A stretch of DNA of 62,941 bases, counting the filler, from Nemertoderma westbladi (taxonomy: Eukaryota; Animalia; Xenacoelomorpha): NCBI GenBank assembly GCA_032718475.1. It is 3 parts of 3 records of this genome, joined end to end, with 100 filler letters (N's around TTAATTAATTAA, not from the genome) between each part and the next. Parts side by side here need not be neighbours in the genome. Positions count along the whole stretch, not along the records: positions 23,072 to 50,057 come from JAUCBJ010008956.1; 2 more parts are not named here. One strand, 5' to 3'. Positions 23,939 to 36,749 of the stretch are shown here, one piece after another. The stretch's first letter is position 1, and the number at the start of each line of letters is the position of its first letter. The translations under genes were made by a program, and so were the position numbers. Below the pieces are notes generated by a model. The model did no database searches. It was not told the DNA's origin and saw only the letters and a program-made list of their open reading frames with translations.

Positions 23939-25730
23939 GGCATACAACAGGAATATGGAGAACATTCCATACCCTTTCGTGGATACTCAGCTGATTGCTC
24001 CTTGGGCCGAAGGCCGAGGTTTCTTTCGCACTATGTATGCCAATACACCCAGCGGCATTACTAAAGTACAACGGACATCCATCGGACATCTTGCCTTTCA
24101 AGAATATGGTTGGAATTTCAAAGTTGGAAATCCTATAAATTACCAGCAAGTATATGGAGATCATTACTCTCGTTTATATTTTGATGGACCATTAACTGCG
24201 CCTGGTGCCGTATATAGCTTTATGAGTGTTCCCCTTCGCCCTTCCTTAGCTATATACACGATCTTTGAAAACGCAGCACTTACCGGTTGGCTGGCCGATG
24301 TGTGCAGTCGTACCATACGCGCTCACCCGTTAATACTTGGAACTAAACTCGCCAAGTTAGACGAACACAATAAGTTCATACGTTTCGAATGTTTCCGGCA
24401 CTTTCTGACTCCGTTCCGTAACGTCGATAGTCAGTTCAAGGATCGCGCGCTGACCAAGCTCAGTCTTAGAGACTCATCTGCGGAGAAACTGAGTAGCGCT
24501 GGATTTGCCGTGTTTCAAGACGTTTGTATACAGAACTCACATTCATCTGTTATACAAAGACCCCGAATACCTACAGGTTATTCTGTCATGGAAATACAGA
24601 CAGTGGGTCCACTTACGGAAACCGACGCACCCACTTCGTCTATGCAGCTGGAGGATGAACCAGTATGCTTGGAATCCGAAGCGATTCAACCTACGGCTTC
24701 TCGGAGCAGTGACAATGATTATGTCATAGAGTGGTATCAAGGTCCACAGCGTCTCACAGCGTACGATTATCGACACGCCAACTACGTTTCCCGAAAACGT
24801 TGTCGATTATGCGCATCGAGAGACCACTTCACTCCTCTAGACTCGAGCGTACCTTGTTCCTATTTCCTCGAACAACCGATGATGGAAATATATTGTGCCT
24901 ATTGCCGGCTTAATAACTCTCATATATTTGCCGTCTGCCCACAATTTATGACTCAATGTCACTATTGCCAACTTAAAGGACACAAAAGTTACAATTGTCC
25001 CTTTAATCGCGATTTAGAGAGTGTAGACGAGATGATCACCCTGCGATACATCCGAGCTTGGGAAGCGAACGCAGATTTACATTGCGAATCCAGACATCGC
25101 TATTACCCAGGACGAGCTTACGAGGGAGTTTACGCGTTCCATCCTTATCTATTCGCGTCGATTGAACAGAAAACACGCGTACCAAGTTACGAGTTAATGA
25201 AGCGTGTTGGTGAGTGTATTTCCACCAAGTTTGTCAGGAAATACCTTAGAAACGTTAACCCTAATGATATAACCACATATCACCTGATCAATTTTATCCG
25301 TCAGGACCCGGAGTATGGCGACATCTTTGTGAACTCGCATCCTGAACTACAGGAAATATCTCGGCGACCATATGAATATCGAACCCGAGAACGCGAACTG
25401 GAGAGAACCATTAAACCGAGAAAGTTCCTCACTACTCACGGTCCACCCACCGCTAGTGTCCAGACGACCCGTCAAGGACCCGTAGGAGCTGCTGTCCTGA
25501 GACGCGCTCTAAAGGCCGTTAGATCTCACTCCACTGAGGTTGATATTAATCAACCAGGTACTTCGACCGGCGGGTATACCGATCGTAACCCTGCACCTTC
25601 TGATGCAATTATATTGCACCCTTCGCCTAGGAGCTACAGCCCTCCTCGTAAAGTGGCTCGCCCCAAAGAGAAAAGGACTCTTGCTAGCCTCAAGAAACTG
25701 CGTAAACGCCGTCCGCGCAAGAAAGACTAA
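23939..25730 (+). CDS. 5'-truncated accessory ORF of LTR family (copy B): DEDDy-like 3'-5' exonuclease (C-terminal half), three CCHC knuckles, basic tail
   Basis: 591-aa ORF. FVDTQLIA...SIGHLAFQEYGWNFK...PLRPSLAIYTIFE resembles RNase D/WRN. Removing one A at 23952 restores an ExoII-like GIQQD. Knuckles: CRLCASRDH..C, CAYCRLNNSHIFAVC, CHYCQLKGHKSYNC. Ends KKLRKRRPRKKD. Paralog at 52286-53992. Confidence 0.75.
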
Positions 25731-25808
25731 CTGTTTAGAGTATTTTTATATTTTAGAAACTGTGATTTTGTATATTTTATAGACTTAAATCCCATTTTCT
25801 GGGAGCGG

Positions 25809-27011
25809 TGTAAAAGCTTTTGTGGGATAACTGATTCGTTGCCTTGTTGGCCAGTTCCCCCCCAGTCGCTAGAATACTCTCAAAAGGGATCTATAGCTAA
25901 AAATAGTGCAAGTTACCAGCTTATTGGCTGATTTGCTGTACGCAGGCATCTGGGCTCTGTTTAATCGGCCAACAAGCCTAGGGAGGTTGCGTCATAGCCT
26001 TGTTTTTGTATCTCCCAATAGAATTTGAGTTAGCCTTGATTTTGACCTATCACAGAGCTACTGAACTGAAATTTTCCTATCTCACTGCTCTTTCTCTGTG
26101 TTGAACGGGAGCTTCGTGGAATAAGGGAGTTGGTATCCTCGTATAGAGCAGTAGTCACGAGTTTTTCAAAGCCACGAAAGAACGGCTTTTTAGTGTTTTG
26201 TGCTTTCTGCTTTTTAGCTCAACACTAGTAGGTTTAATTATAAGGACATATATCCTTTAACTGACTAATTGTCTTAACTCAAAACAAACTGGCTTTTAAT
26301 CACTTGAATAACTGCTGCTAAAATTACCTGCTCAATCAATACCGTATACTGCTATTTGTTGTCGGTTATTCATTATATTTGTTGATGAATTATTATATTG
26401 GAATAACGAGAAATAACCCCGACACCCAATATTCTTGATATACCGAAGGTAAGAGAGAAAGGTTACCAATAACGATTGTGACTTATGTTAAAGTGGTTTG
26501 AAGTGAATCTAATGTTATTTGATAGACCCTACATGAGTCAGTCTGTGTTCCTTTTATATGTGACTAAAATCAGTGAAGATTGGCAGATTAGTGTGCAGTA
26601 TTGTGCAGCATTGTGTATGAGTGAGTCTGTTAAAGAAGCATTTCCTAAAGAATGCGCCATATATGTGAATTATAATTAAGCCATATCGTTGTGAGTAGTT
26701 TAAGTCATAACTCTGTTTATATAAATAAAGCGCCACGTCCTAAAGGAACTGTTAATATTCCCGAAGGTGAATAATATTGTCAGAGATTATATAATACTGT
26801 CAGTCGAATAATACATTAGGCTTACATAGCAATAAAATTAAACCGTCGAACCCAATCTCCCGGGAATATCCAGCGGGTGAATGGTCGCGCACAGATTGGT
26901 TTCGACTAGTGTAGTGAATCAAATACTTGTCATAGGCTAAAAAGCGATTTAATATCTAGAAGACATCTTAATTTGGCGGGTTAAACTGCCAAAGGTCTGA
27001 AAGCGCGAACA
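25809..27011 (+). mobile_element. 3' LTR (copy B), 1203 bp
   Basis: Begins TGTAAAAGCTTTT directly after the PPT-like GGGAGCGG and ends AAAGCGCGAACA (imperfect terminal inverted repeat). AATAAA at 26831-26836. Confidence 0.8.
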
Positions 27012-28456
27012 GGATATTTGGGGGAAGGGGGAAGTTACAGTGTGCATTCGGGGGAAGTTTGGTGAACTGCATTTATGCAGTGAATCCAAACTTCCCCCTT
27101 TGATATATCATATACTTAAGACATGCTAGGGTGACGGGGAAATATTTGTTACTGTCACACTTTGTTTCCATTTATCCTATCCTTTATTATTACCCCAGTC
27201 AGATAAGAGATAATAAATCAGTAAAAACTAAACTAAACTGTCTTTCATGCAAACAAATTTCTAACTAAAGACGGGTGCATGACCATGACCATGGAAATAA
27301 TTTTAAATATAATTGTATATCAACTATTTGGGGAGGCTTCCAAGTTAAACCCGAAAACAATTATTTTGTTACATAGTAAATAACGTTGTATGTTCTTCTT
27401 CCTCTCATAATAAAATATAAATGAAATCTCTCAGATCGCTATGCCCTGTAACATTTCACAACCAAAATATTTAAGTGTGAAAAGTGTAGGCCTACCACAC
27501 TCCGCCCAAACAACCGCAAACGCATAGCCAACAAATTTAACAAAAGGTTACATACATGTTGGGTTCATGACGAGATGAGTGAAAATTGATCGCGTAATAT
27601 AAAGTAAAAAATTAAGAGACGGGCTGGCTCTCCTCCACTTTCTTACCCAATGGATATGTTGTTGTAATAATCTAATATTGGGGCGGCTTTCTCTCGGTCT
27701 GCCGAATGAATTCAACAGGAATAATATTTAATAAAGACAAGATTACTAGTGATACCAACATAACATACCATAACATAATCGATGGAAACCTATTAAGATG
27801 TCTGTCAGACATGGAACATACTGTACTGTACGACCAGTACAACAGTACTGTACAGTAGTGTATTGATCATATGTTACCATTCTGTTCACAGTCCAACTAC
27901 CAATATCAATCGACCTGTAGTACTTATAAGCTAGCAGTCTGGCGATGTGATTGATTTATTGATTAGATTTTCACCGCTTAAGTAACTCTAAATATTTGCA
28001 ATGTGCCTTGTATGCTGTTGGTCTATAGTCTCTCCATAGTAAATTTAATGCAGCAGCACGCGATGATAACATAACAGAAGCAATGTGTGGTAGTAGCCGA
28101 ATTTTAATGAAGACTTGAATCCAAACACAAGGGATAATGCATAAATCTTTCTGTATCATAGGCGCCACATGCTCGAAGACACCGTGAATAACCGGCACAA
28201 CGCCCTAGAGTACAACGCGAACTCGGACAGTGGAAATAAAACCCTTCCAGGCTTCTCGATTCTACAGTATATTATTCTATACAGAAAATAATTACGAGTA
28301 AGGGAGGGGGGGTCTTGAGCCACTGTTATTATATATTATATATATATATTATATATATATTATTATTATTATTATATATATATATAAAACATTATTAGTT
28401 TATCTTATACAGTAGCTATTTCACGCATCCCGCACGTCTACAGTGGTTATTATTAA

Positions 28457-29547
28457 CCCTATTAAACCCGGGGGAGGGTCAATATGACCCCCCCCCCCCC
28501 CGTGGTTTTTTTTTATTATAATTCTGAAACAAACGCAGTTGGGAATCTGAAATTTTATGACTTTTCCTAAAAATCTATTGTCTTACTAGTAATGAAAACC
28601 GTTTTCAAAAATATTGGGTAGTTTTCGAGTTATAGCACCATTTTTTAACCCTACTTTTGGCACTTTTTTGTAGACGTTTTTTGAAAATTAGATTTCATCA
28701 AATATTAATTGTAACATCTCCATTTTTGATTTATACTGGTTTTTTGGTGTTTGCAATTGGATGGAATTCATATAAATTGATTTAGAAATTTTAAACTTGT
28801 TTTTTTCGGCGGGTGCCAAATTTTGAAATATGTCAATTTTGTAAATTGATTGTTTGATTGTAAATTGATCAGTAGATAGTATCATCTTGTTTATTGCGTT
28901 ATACGGGTTTATGAGGGTCCTGAATCCGATGGAATCAATAAAAACAGCACTGGACATCGCAAACTTGTACTTTTTGGTGATGGGTACGAAATTTGGTGCT
29001 AGCACCAAAATTTGCCAAATTACGCCGAAAAATACGAGTAGCACTGATCTGGCATATTTGAAATGTATTCCATTAGAATCAGCGCCCTAGAAAACCTGAA
29101 AATGTGAATTTATAGCATCGAATAAGTGAATTAAAAATTTTGTGTTCTCACTGAAAAGTGCTGGTTACTTGTTTTTTTCATTTTTTTCCTACGCATAGAG
29201 GATTAAACAGCCATTTATGGTAATCATATCATATTTAAATATTTTCCAATGTATTTTGCGCCCCAGAAAACCTGTATTGAAAAATAATTAGCCGAAAAAT
29301 GTAACTCTCAAATTTTGTGAAAATTGTGCACTACTTGTAATTTTGGTGCTGCAATATTACCACCCCAGTACATTTTTTCGAAAATTTTTTTTTTCGGTCG
29401 GATCCAGACTAGTGATACCTACTTACAAACAGAAAATCAGACGTTTTCGTTAATATTTGTAGATTTTAGAGGGAGGGGTCAATATGACCCCCCCCCCCCC
29501 CCCCCTCCCGTATTTGTACAGCATTTTATAGCCCGGTACTAATAGGG
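28457..29547. mobile_element. piggyBac-type MITE
   Basis: TTAA on both sides. TIRs CCCTATTAAACCCGGG and CCCGGTACTAATAGGG. Subterminal GGGTCAATATGACCC palindromes at both ends. Non-coding. Confidence 0.85.
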
Positions 29548-30464
29548 TTAAACAATAGGCCTATAAATAAAATTTAATTAAAAAATAATAAACTACAGTA
29601 CCGGTACCAATTATGTACTCGAATAAGTCATATTAGTGGGGAAAAAATTCCTAGTAAGAGGGTCTAATTGGCTAATATTACGTAATGATAAATGTAATTT
29701 TTTATATTAATTAATTATTTATTTATTTATTTATCTCATCGCTGAATTATGTACTCACGTCTCCACCTCCACCTTATGGTCCAGCAGCGCCCCAAAACTT
29801 AAATAAGACTCCAGCTAGTGGACCAAAATACATCTCTTGCAATGGGCCTCGTTGCAACTGCTGTTCGGCCCTTCTAGACCAGCCGGACACCATGGGGTGA
29901 CCCCATCCATGGGATATTTAACTGCAAATAATTTAATTAATGTGATTTATTTTATTAAAATGTAAACTGCATCCACACTTGTAGTACCTCGGCCAGAAGG
30001 AAGAGCGTTTACATGAGCGCCTCCGAGGTCACCGTAGTGCCATAAATGACGCAGCTGGCAGGGGGCTCTAGGAGTCGATTTATCGAGTCCTGAAGTCTTA
30101 CTACTGCAACACTCTGCTATTTGTGGGATCATCGGTTAGCTCTATAATAAAATGTTCTAAAAGATTCACTACCGCGAATGTAGGATTGGACTATACTATA
30201 ATTATGTATTAGGCCCACATGGGGAAAAAAGTAGAACTTTTTTTCATTATTCTCGAGGCATTTTATTTACATCGCGCCAGCGAGGTTAATAAATGATCGA
30301 GGGAATATTGAAAAAAAAAATTTTCCGATGTAATGCGTAATTTTGTTGTTGCTCAATTCATTAATAAAACATACAGTAGAGTGATACCGGTATACAGTAC
30401 TACAGTACAGTGTAGTTAGGAGCCCGCTTGACAGCGGGATACTTACTGTAGGAATCTGGATACT

Positions 30465-31050
30465 TTCACTAAAAATCTCAGGATATATAACACTGACTGA
30501 CTGACTGACTGATAATTATCCAGGTTCAGGTACTTCCTGCCTGGCGATTTTGATGAAATTTTGCAAGTACATTGCTTTGGTGGTTCATAATCGCGTTACA
30601 AAATTTCAGATCGATTCTATGTGTGGTATTCGATATATTTAGTTTTTTGACATTGTTTTGTCGCGAAATTAAAAGCATTGGTAAAATAACAGCTGGTGTT
30701 CATGATGAAATATGGCTTAATATGTTATACACAGTCATAGAAAACGTGTTGGTTGCCAAGTTTTACTAGTAGGCTATAAGGAAAGGCAATGTTTACTCAC
30801 ACATAAGCTGTTGGTTTCTAATGTATTACCCCATAAGCTGATTGCTCTCCCAGTGCTTCCTAAGGGTATATCTACAATAAAGTTACTCACTCTGCTATGT
30901 TAAGGAGTGGATCAGGAGAATGAATTTTAGTTACACAAAGCAGTGTGTTGTGTCCTATTGCAGTCGATACTCACTGTGGATTGCAAAATGTTTTATAGTT
31001 GACCTACACTATAATACAGTAGTTGCATGTATTTAAGGAGCCCGCTCTGG
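30465..31050 (+). mobile_element. Possible non-autonomous Helitron/Helentron-like element
   Basis: (CTGA)n near the start, and AGGAGCCCGCT repeated at ~30418 and ~31037 with a CCCGCT..AGCGGG hairpin. Termini not established. Confidence 0.3.
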
Positions 31051-31100
31051 CCTACCGCCTAAGGAGTACCTATATTACATATTCATATATTACATATTCT

Positions 31101-32529
31101 TATGAAAACAAATAAGTTGGTGCCAGTTCCCAAGAAGGGCAACCTAACACTCTATGGTTCTTTTCGGGGAATCTCATTGATCTCGATTGCTGCAAAGCTA
31201 TACAATAGGATTCTATTTAATCGCATCAGGGATCCCATTGAGAGACTGCTCCGTGGAAATCAGAATGGGTTCCGTAAAGGTCGTAGGACCATGGAGCCCA
31301 TTTTGGCACTTAGAAGGATAATTGAAGAATTATCAAAAAATAAAGACAGGCATCTGGCTGTTATCTTTGTTGACTTCTTCAAGGCCTTAGATTCAGTCTC
31401 TCGCTCACGTATGTTCAGCATACTTTCATTATATGGGATTCCTGATGAAATTATTGCAGCAATCAGATCAGTATACGATGGTTCGACAACATTTGTGTCT
31501 ACTGTTGACGGTGACACAGAACCATTTGAAGTGTTATGGGGCGTCCTCCAAGGAGACACACTTGCACCATTCTTGTTCATTATAGTGGTTGACTATGTTC
31601 TACGCATGTCCTTAGATCATCATAATGATGATGGGGTGATGATAACTCCACCTACTGGCTCCAGAAGTCGAGGAAATCCTGCCAAGTACCTAACTGATCT
31701 AGACTTTGCTGATGACTTAGGAGTACTCTCAGAATCATTAGAAGGAGCCCAACGGCTCCTCAGCTCATTAGAACATGCTGCTTCTAGTGTTGGTCTTTTT
31801 ATTAACTCCAGAATGACCAAAATTTATACAGTAAACTTTGAAAGTCCTCAGCAAGTCTCTGATCGGATGAGCATAAGCTCAAAGGATGGTATGCTTGAGC
31901 ATGTGGACGACTTCTGTTACCTGGGATCATGGATCCGGAAGTCAGGTGAGGACCTTCGAATACGTAAGGGAAAGGCATGGGCAGCCTTGAATAGGCTTTC
32001 CAGGATTTGGAAGTCACCGAGAATTAATCAAAAACTTAAGGTCCGATTATTTAGAGCAGCAGTAGTTCCAGTACTCCTCTACGGGAATCCATGCTGGGCT
32101 CTAACTGCTGAGGACACCAAATCTCTGGATGGCACATTCACAAGAATGCTACGCCGGGTTCATTGTGTCAAGTACTGTACAATGCACACATCTCCAACCA
32201 GACACTATATAACATTGGAGGTGTCTCATTGGTTCCCCCAAGCTTGACACTAGAACAAAATCGCCTCCGCTTTGCAGGACATTGCTTTCGCCGTGAGGAC
32301 CAGCCAGTGCATAATCTTGTACTTTGGCAGCCTCATGGAGTGAATAAGCATGGTGGACAGCCCATGACTTTCTTGAGACGCATTTTAAAGGACACTGGCC
32401 TTAAAGATGCGGATGATCTAGCAAATGTCATGGGTGATAGGGAGTTGTGGCGGTGCAATTTTGTTGACAAGCCGGCACAGCATTCTTAAAAATGCAGCTG
32501 CAATGCAGCATGTCGATCCTAGTAGTAGT
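31101..32529 (+). mobile_element. 5'-truncated RTE LINE
   Basis: ORFs 31102-32247 and 32163-32489 cover the RT, with a frameshift near 32175. (TAG)n tail. TSD AGTACCTATATTACATATTCA at 31065-31085 and 32530-32550. Confidence 0.93.
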
Positions 32530-33616
32530 AGTACCTATATTACATATTCACATAGAATTCACTGGGAAGAAATATTCTGCTTGACGACGGGGTAATACCT
32601 ATAGAAGGAAACTAAATTTGTTATTTGGCTCTATTCGTTGTTATTTATCTGGTTGTGCATCATGGGCATTTTTTATAAATATTCGGTAATCGCATCTTAT
32701 ATCTTGTAAACGTTCTTGATAATGAAATTATTTGCTTCATATTATATTTTTGTTAGTGGTAGCTAAGTTGCATTTTTTATTAAGTGGGGCGAGCCACAAA
32801 GTCAGCTAGCCTCACGCCTTGCAGTTTAGATAATTTTAGTTTACTTACTGCTGACTGACATAGTTCTTTGTAATAGTCTTGGCTAGGATTTTTCCCCCGG
32901 GCTCCTTCCAGCCAGCTTGCTGGCTTTCTAGTGTTATGTTACAAAATAGTATTTTACTATATTGCTTCCATAGTTACTACGATTCAAATTATTGTACTCT
33001 TGAACTCCTGATGCTGCCTTACTCAATGTTAAAATAATTTAGTGTTCTCGAATATTTATTACGTAACTGGAGAGACATAAACAAATATTGGATATTGAGT
33101 TCCCTTTTGGTGTACAGTACGCCTTGCAGACACTAAACTAAATTTGCAATAACTTTTGAGTGTGTGAATGGATTTTTTCACCGGGAAAAAATTAAAATCA
33201 ATGCATTCCTATGGGTTACTTTTTTACCCTAGGGAAAAAAGTGAAACTTTTTCTCCCGACTTTGGGGTATATTCGAGCGAAAAAGTAACAATTTAAGAAT
33301 AAAAACATTTGATCCTTGTTGTATGATTTTGCATTAATCAGCTTATTTTATTGCCCGTAGTTTTGCTGTATGGCCTGCCACACATTCTCGCTTTTAGGAT
33401 ACTTTTATACCGGTTTTAGTGCTTTGGATAGCTGGCCCCTCAGGCAATTTATCCCTATGAAGTTGTTAGTATTTTACTTAATCATTCTGTTAGTTTTATT
33501 TTATTATTTTTTAACATTTTTATTTCTGCAATTTCTGACGATTTTATATGTAATTTTATGTGTCATTTATATATACACTTTATCGGTCTTGTAGCATTTA
33601 TATGCAATCCAACCTC

Positions 33617-33810
33617 TTAAGCAGCCCTCTCCACTTTATTCAGTAGAAGCTGTGCATCTGCTAGCGTATTAGAGAGCAGGGTGATGTCATCCGCAAAGTA
33701 GGTGCCTGTGACAGTAGTTGCCGGATATCTGCTATGTACTTCTGCGTTCTTGTTGTGTGAATCCCAGATCTTATCTTGACCCTTTGTGGCCGTCCTCATT
33801 GCGTAATCCA
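33617..33810 (-). pseudogene. RT fragment from a different RTE-like LINE
   Basis: YFADDITLLSNTLADAQLLLNKVERAA. Confidence 0.75.
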
Positions 33811-36206
33811 GTAGTACAAGTACAGTACAAAAATTAAATATTGCAAAATTAAAGCAAATTACGGCAAGTAGGTATTATGTGCATAATAATTGAAGAATTA
33901 AGCACTAATGTCTCTCTGACCAACCTCCTTAGACCAGAAGAGATCAGTATAGTTGATATCATAATTAAAATAGATCTATAGGGCTAGTAGTATAATGGAG
34001 CGAACCACATACTGTAGTACAGTAGCAGTAGGCGAAGCTACCACTTTTTAAAACCTTTTAAAACGGCACTTACCGATCGTGTTAAAGATGTAGAGTTTGT
34101 AAAAATTTGTAAAGATAAATACTGTATGTAGGACCTTAAGATAATTTGACAGCTTATCTGACATTCGGTATTACAGACTCCAGCAAGAGATTATGTTGTT
34201 ATTGATTTAGTCCGTTCAAGTTGAAACTCAGCCGATATGTAGTGTATCTTTGTGGTGTTAGCTTATCCTTCTGCAGTTCTCCAGTAAACCTTCCCAAATT
34301 TATCTTGAAATCCTTTAATGCTAAATTCTTTGCAGCTACGTATGTATAGGCTACGACTCTTTTAAATAAACTGTACAGTTATAAGATACCGTTAACACCC
34401 AGGTGTTAATTATTTAGTTTCAGCGCCGACCTATTTAATCTGACCCCAAACTGCGAACTTAAAGTTCAGTATTAATATACTGTAGAACCACATCATGAAT
34501 ACCAATCCGAGTCTCCTATACAGTTCATTCTTATCTTATGATGCTAATTTCTTGAAACCTTATTCTTCACAATTAAGTGACACCTTTCGGCAAGGCCATC
34601 TAAATAGCACACGGCCTTTCCTTTCGGCTTTAGATATGCCATGTACGTACACTCAACGCATATCTCACTCTGTTGAAGTATCAGCAGTATCAGCCAGCAC
34701 CCGTCCATATTTACCAGACGCCACTTAATGTAAAACAGATAAGCTCCATCATCAAAGAAACCATACAAAGGAAAAAAAGGAGACGAATATCTATCTAACT
34801 TTATATACTGGTTGGTGAATTGGTAGGGGATAAGTGCCCAGGCATTATGGAGACTTGTTTGCTTGAAAAGGTTTTTACGTTTTATGCGGACACACGTCGT
34901 GTGCGATTCGGACAATACACATAGCCGCAATTCTACCCTCTCCAGGGTAAATTCTAAGAAAATCACCAGCTTATTTCCCTCAATAAATACAAATTTGTGC
35001 TACTGTATTATACTGTAGTGCTTTTAGTTTATTGTTTTGCTTAGAATATCGTGCCACGACTGTAACTTGCTCATTTCCCTTGATTTATAATTTGACATTA
35101 AAACGATATATTCATTCGACTTGTTCTCATTTTATGTTTAAATTATTATTATTATTATTATTATTGATTATTTTAATTATGATACAGTTCCATGTTCGTG
35201 TTCAACTGCAAATAATATTTAGCATCAACAGAAATAACGACAAAAAATACCATGACATCAAAACCAGGAAATTATAACTATACAGAATACTTTTTTAAAA
35301 AAATTGTGTACACTCTTTGATGAGACTGATTTGGTCAGTTCAAGTCAATATAACTAATGCAGTATACAGTACTGTATACATACCTATACTACTACTGTAG
35401 ACCTTGTAGGCCTAATAATTACAGTACAGTAATAGGCTATCATTTATATAAAAATATAACTTTATTTAACTTCTCAACCGATTCCAGAAGAATGTAAATA
35501 AAGATTCCGACTAAAAAAATCTGAAAAATTTTTGCTTAGAAATATTTATGGATGTTTTATGTAATGATAGTGATTTTTTAGATTTTTGGTAATTTTAGGC
35601 ACACGACATACACACACATATCTATCCTGGAACAAATTAAAGGCAGGCTGGGGCGTGTTTTTCACTAAACCTAATCTAAACACTATAATTTTTGCATTGT
35701 TAAATTTCCTTTTGGCACTATGGCTCTTCACACAGAGAAATTCGGTAAGGCTTATTAATTGATTATTCCGTACTCGGGTTATTGATCATGATCATTGATC
35801 ACACTGTACATTTGGTCGATGAGAATCGATATTTTACTCCATAAAAATTCAATATTTTACACCGTAAACTTTCCACCCCACAGGATGTTGCATAAATGAG
35901 CAGCCGCGTACTGTTAGACAAACTGAAAATCTAGCATTACAATATGATTAATAATAAAAAATAATTAAAACGAAGTCATGTACCGGTAAAAAAAGTAGGC
36001 CTACAGTGAGAGAGACACGTATCGGTCTATCAGCCTACTGTTAGTCAGTAAGTATTGTAGGCTGTCCCATCTACAGTATCCAATGAAACTGAAAGTATTT
36101 ACCTTATTTATAGTTTGATACAGTACACATCACTTCATACAATCATTATGTATAGATCAATTTTAGAAATAGGACGTTACAATAATAGGTCGCTATTTTT
36201 TTCCAG

Positions 36207-36461
36207 GTGTTAAGAATCAGCATTGCCCTATCTGCTTGCTACCTGGCCTGCTGGACACCGCATTCTATGTGCCATCCTTTCCTTGTGATTCGCACACTTC
36301 TTGGATACGCTATGGTTGATCCTATAGTCAACAAGTACGTTGTAACGACAACGGCATTAGTGTCGCTCACTCACATGATCTATCCGATAATATACACGTT
36401 TCAATACACGGAATTCCGTAAAGTAGCTAAAAGGATGTTGCTGTGTAGAAGCAGAAACTGA
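36207..36461 (+). CDS. Terminal exon of a rhodopsin-like (class A) GPCR (TM6, TM7, helix 8)
   Basis: Preceded by a polypyrimidine tract and CAG acceptor ending at 36206. Contains YLACWTP (CWxP), IYPIIY (NPxxY variant) and FRKVAKRMLLC (helix 8). Upstream exons not resolved. Confidence 0.8.
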   Translation: MLRISIALSACYLACWTPHSMCHPFLVIRTLLGYAMVDPIVNKYVVTTTALVSLTHMIYPIIYTFQYTEFRKVAKRMLLCRSRN

Positions 36462-36749
36462 AACTCTAAATGGAACTCAATTGGTATACTGTGTGTGTTT
36501 ATTAGTTAACGTCTACCTCTACTGTTACCGTATAACTGTTGGTTTGTTTGTTTGTTTATAGTGTTCAGAAATCTTAAATTACAAATATTTTCTAAATGCT
36601 GTGATTGCAGAACTGGTCGTAGTAAAATGACTTGTAATTCTCGAGCTTTTTGTTAAAAATTATTGTTCGGAAAAATGTTCATAGTATATAACTTGTGATT
36701 AAATTTTAAATAATTAAATTTCAAAACTCGGGGACCATGGGGAGAGGTT

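Noticed and set aside
34495-34945. Candidate upstream GPCR exon ending at a GTAAAT donor
   Set aside because: The frame would join, but there is a stop shortly upstream and no clear acceptor or TM motif.
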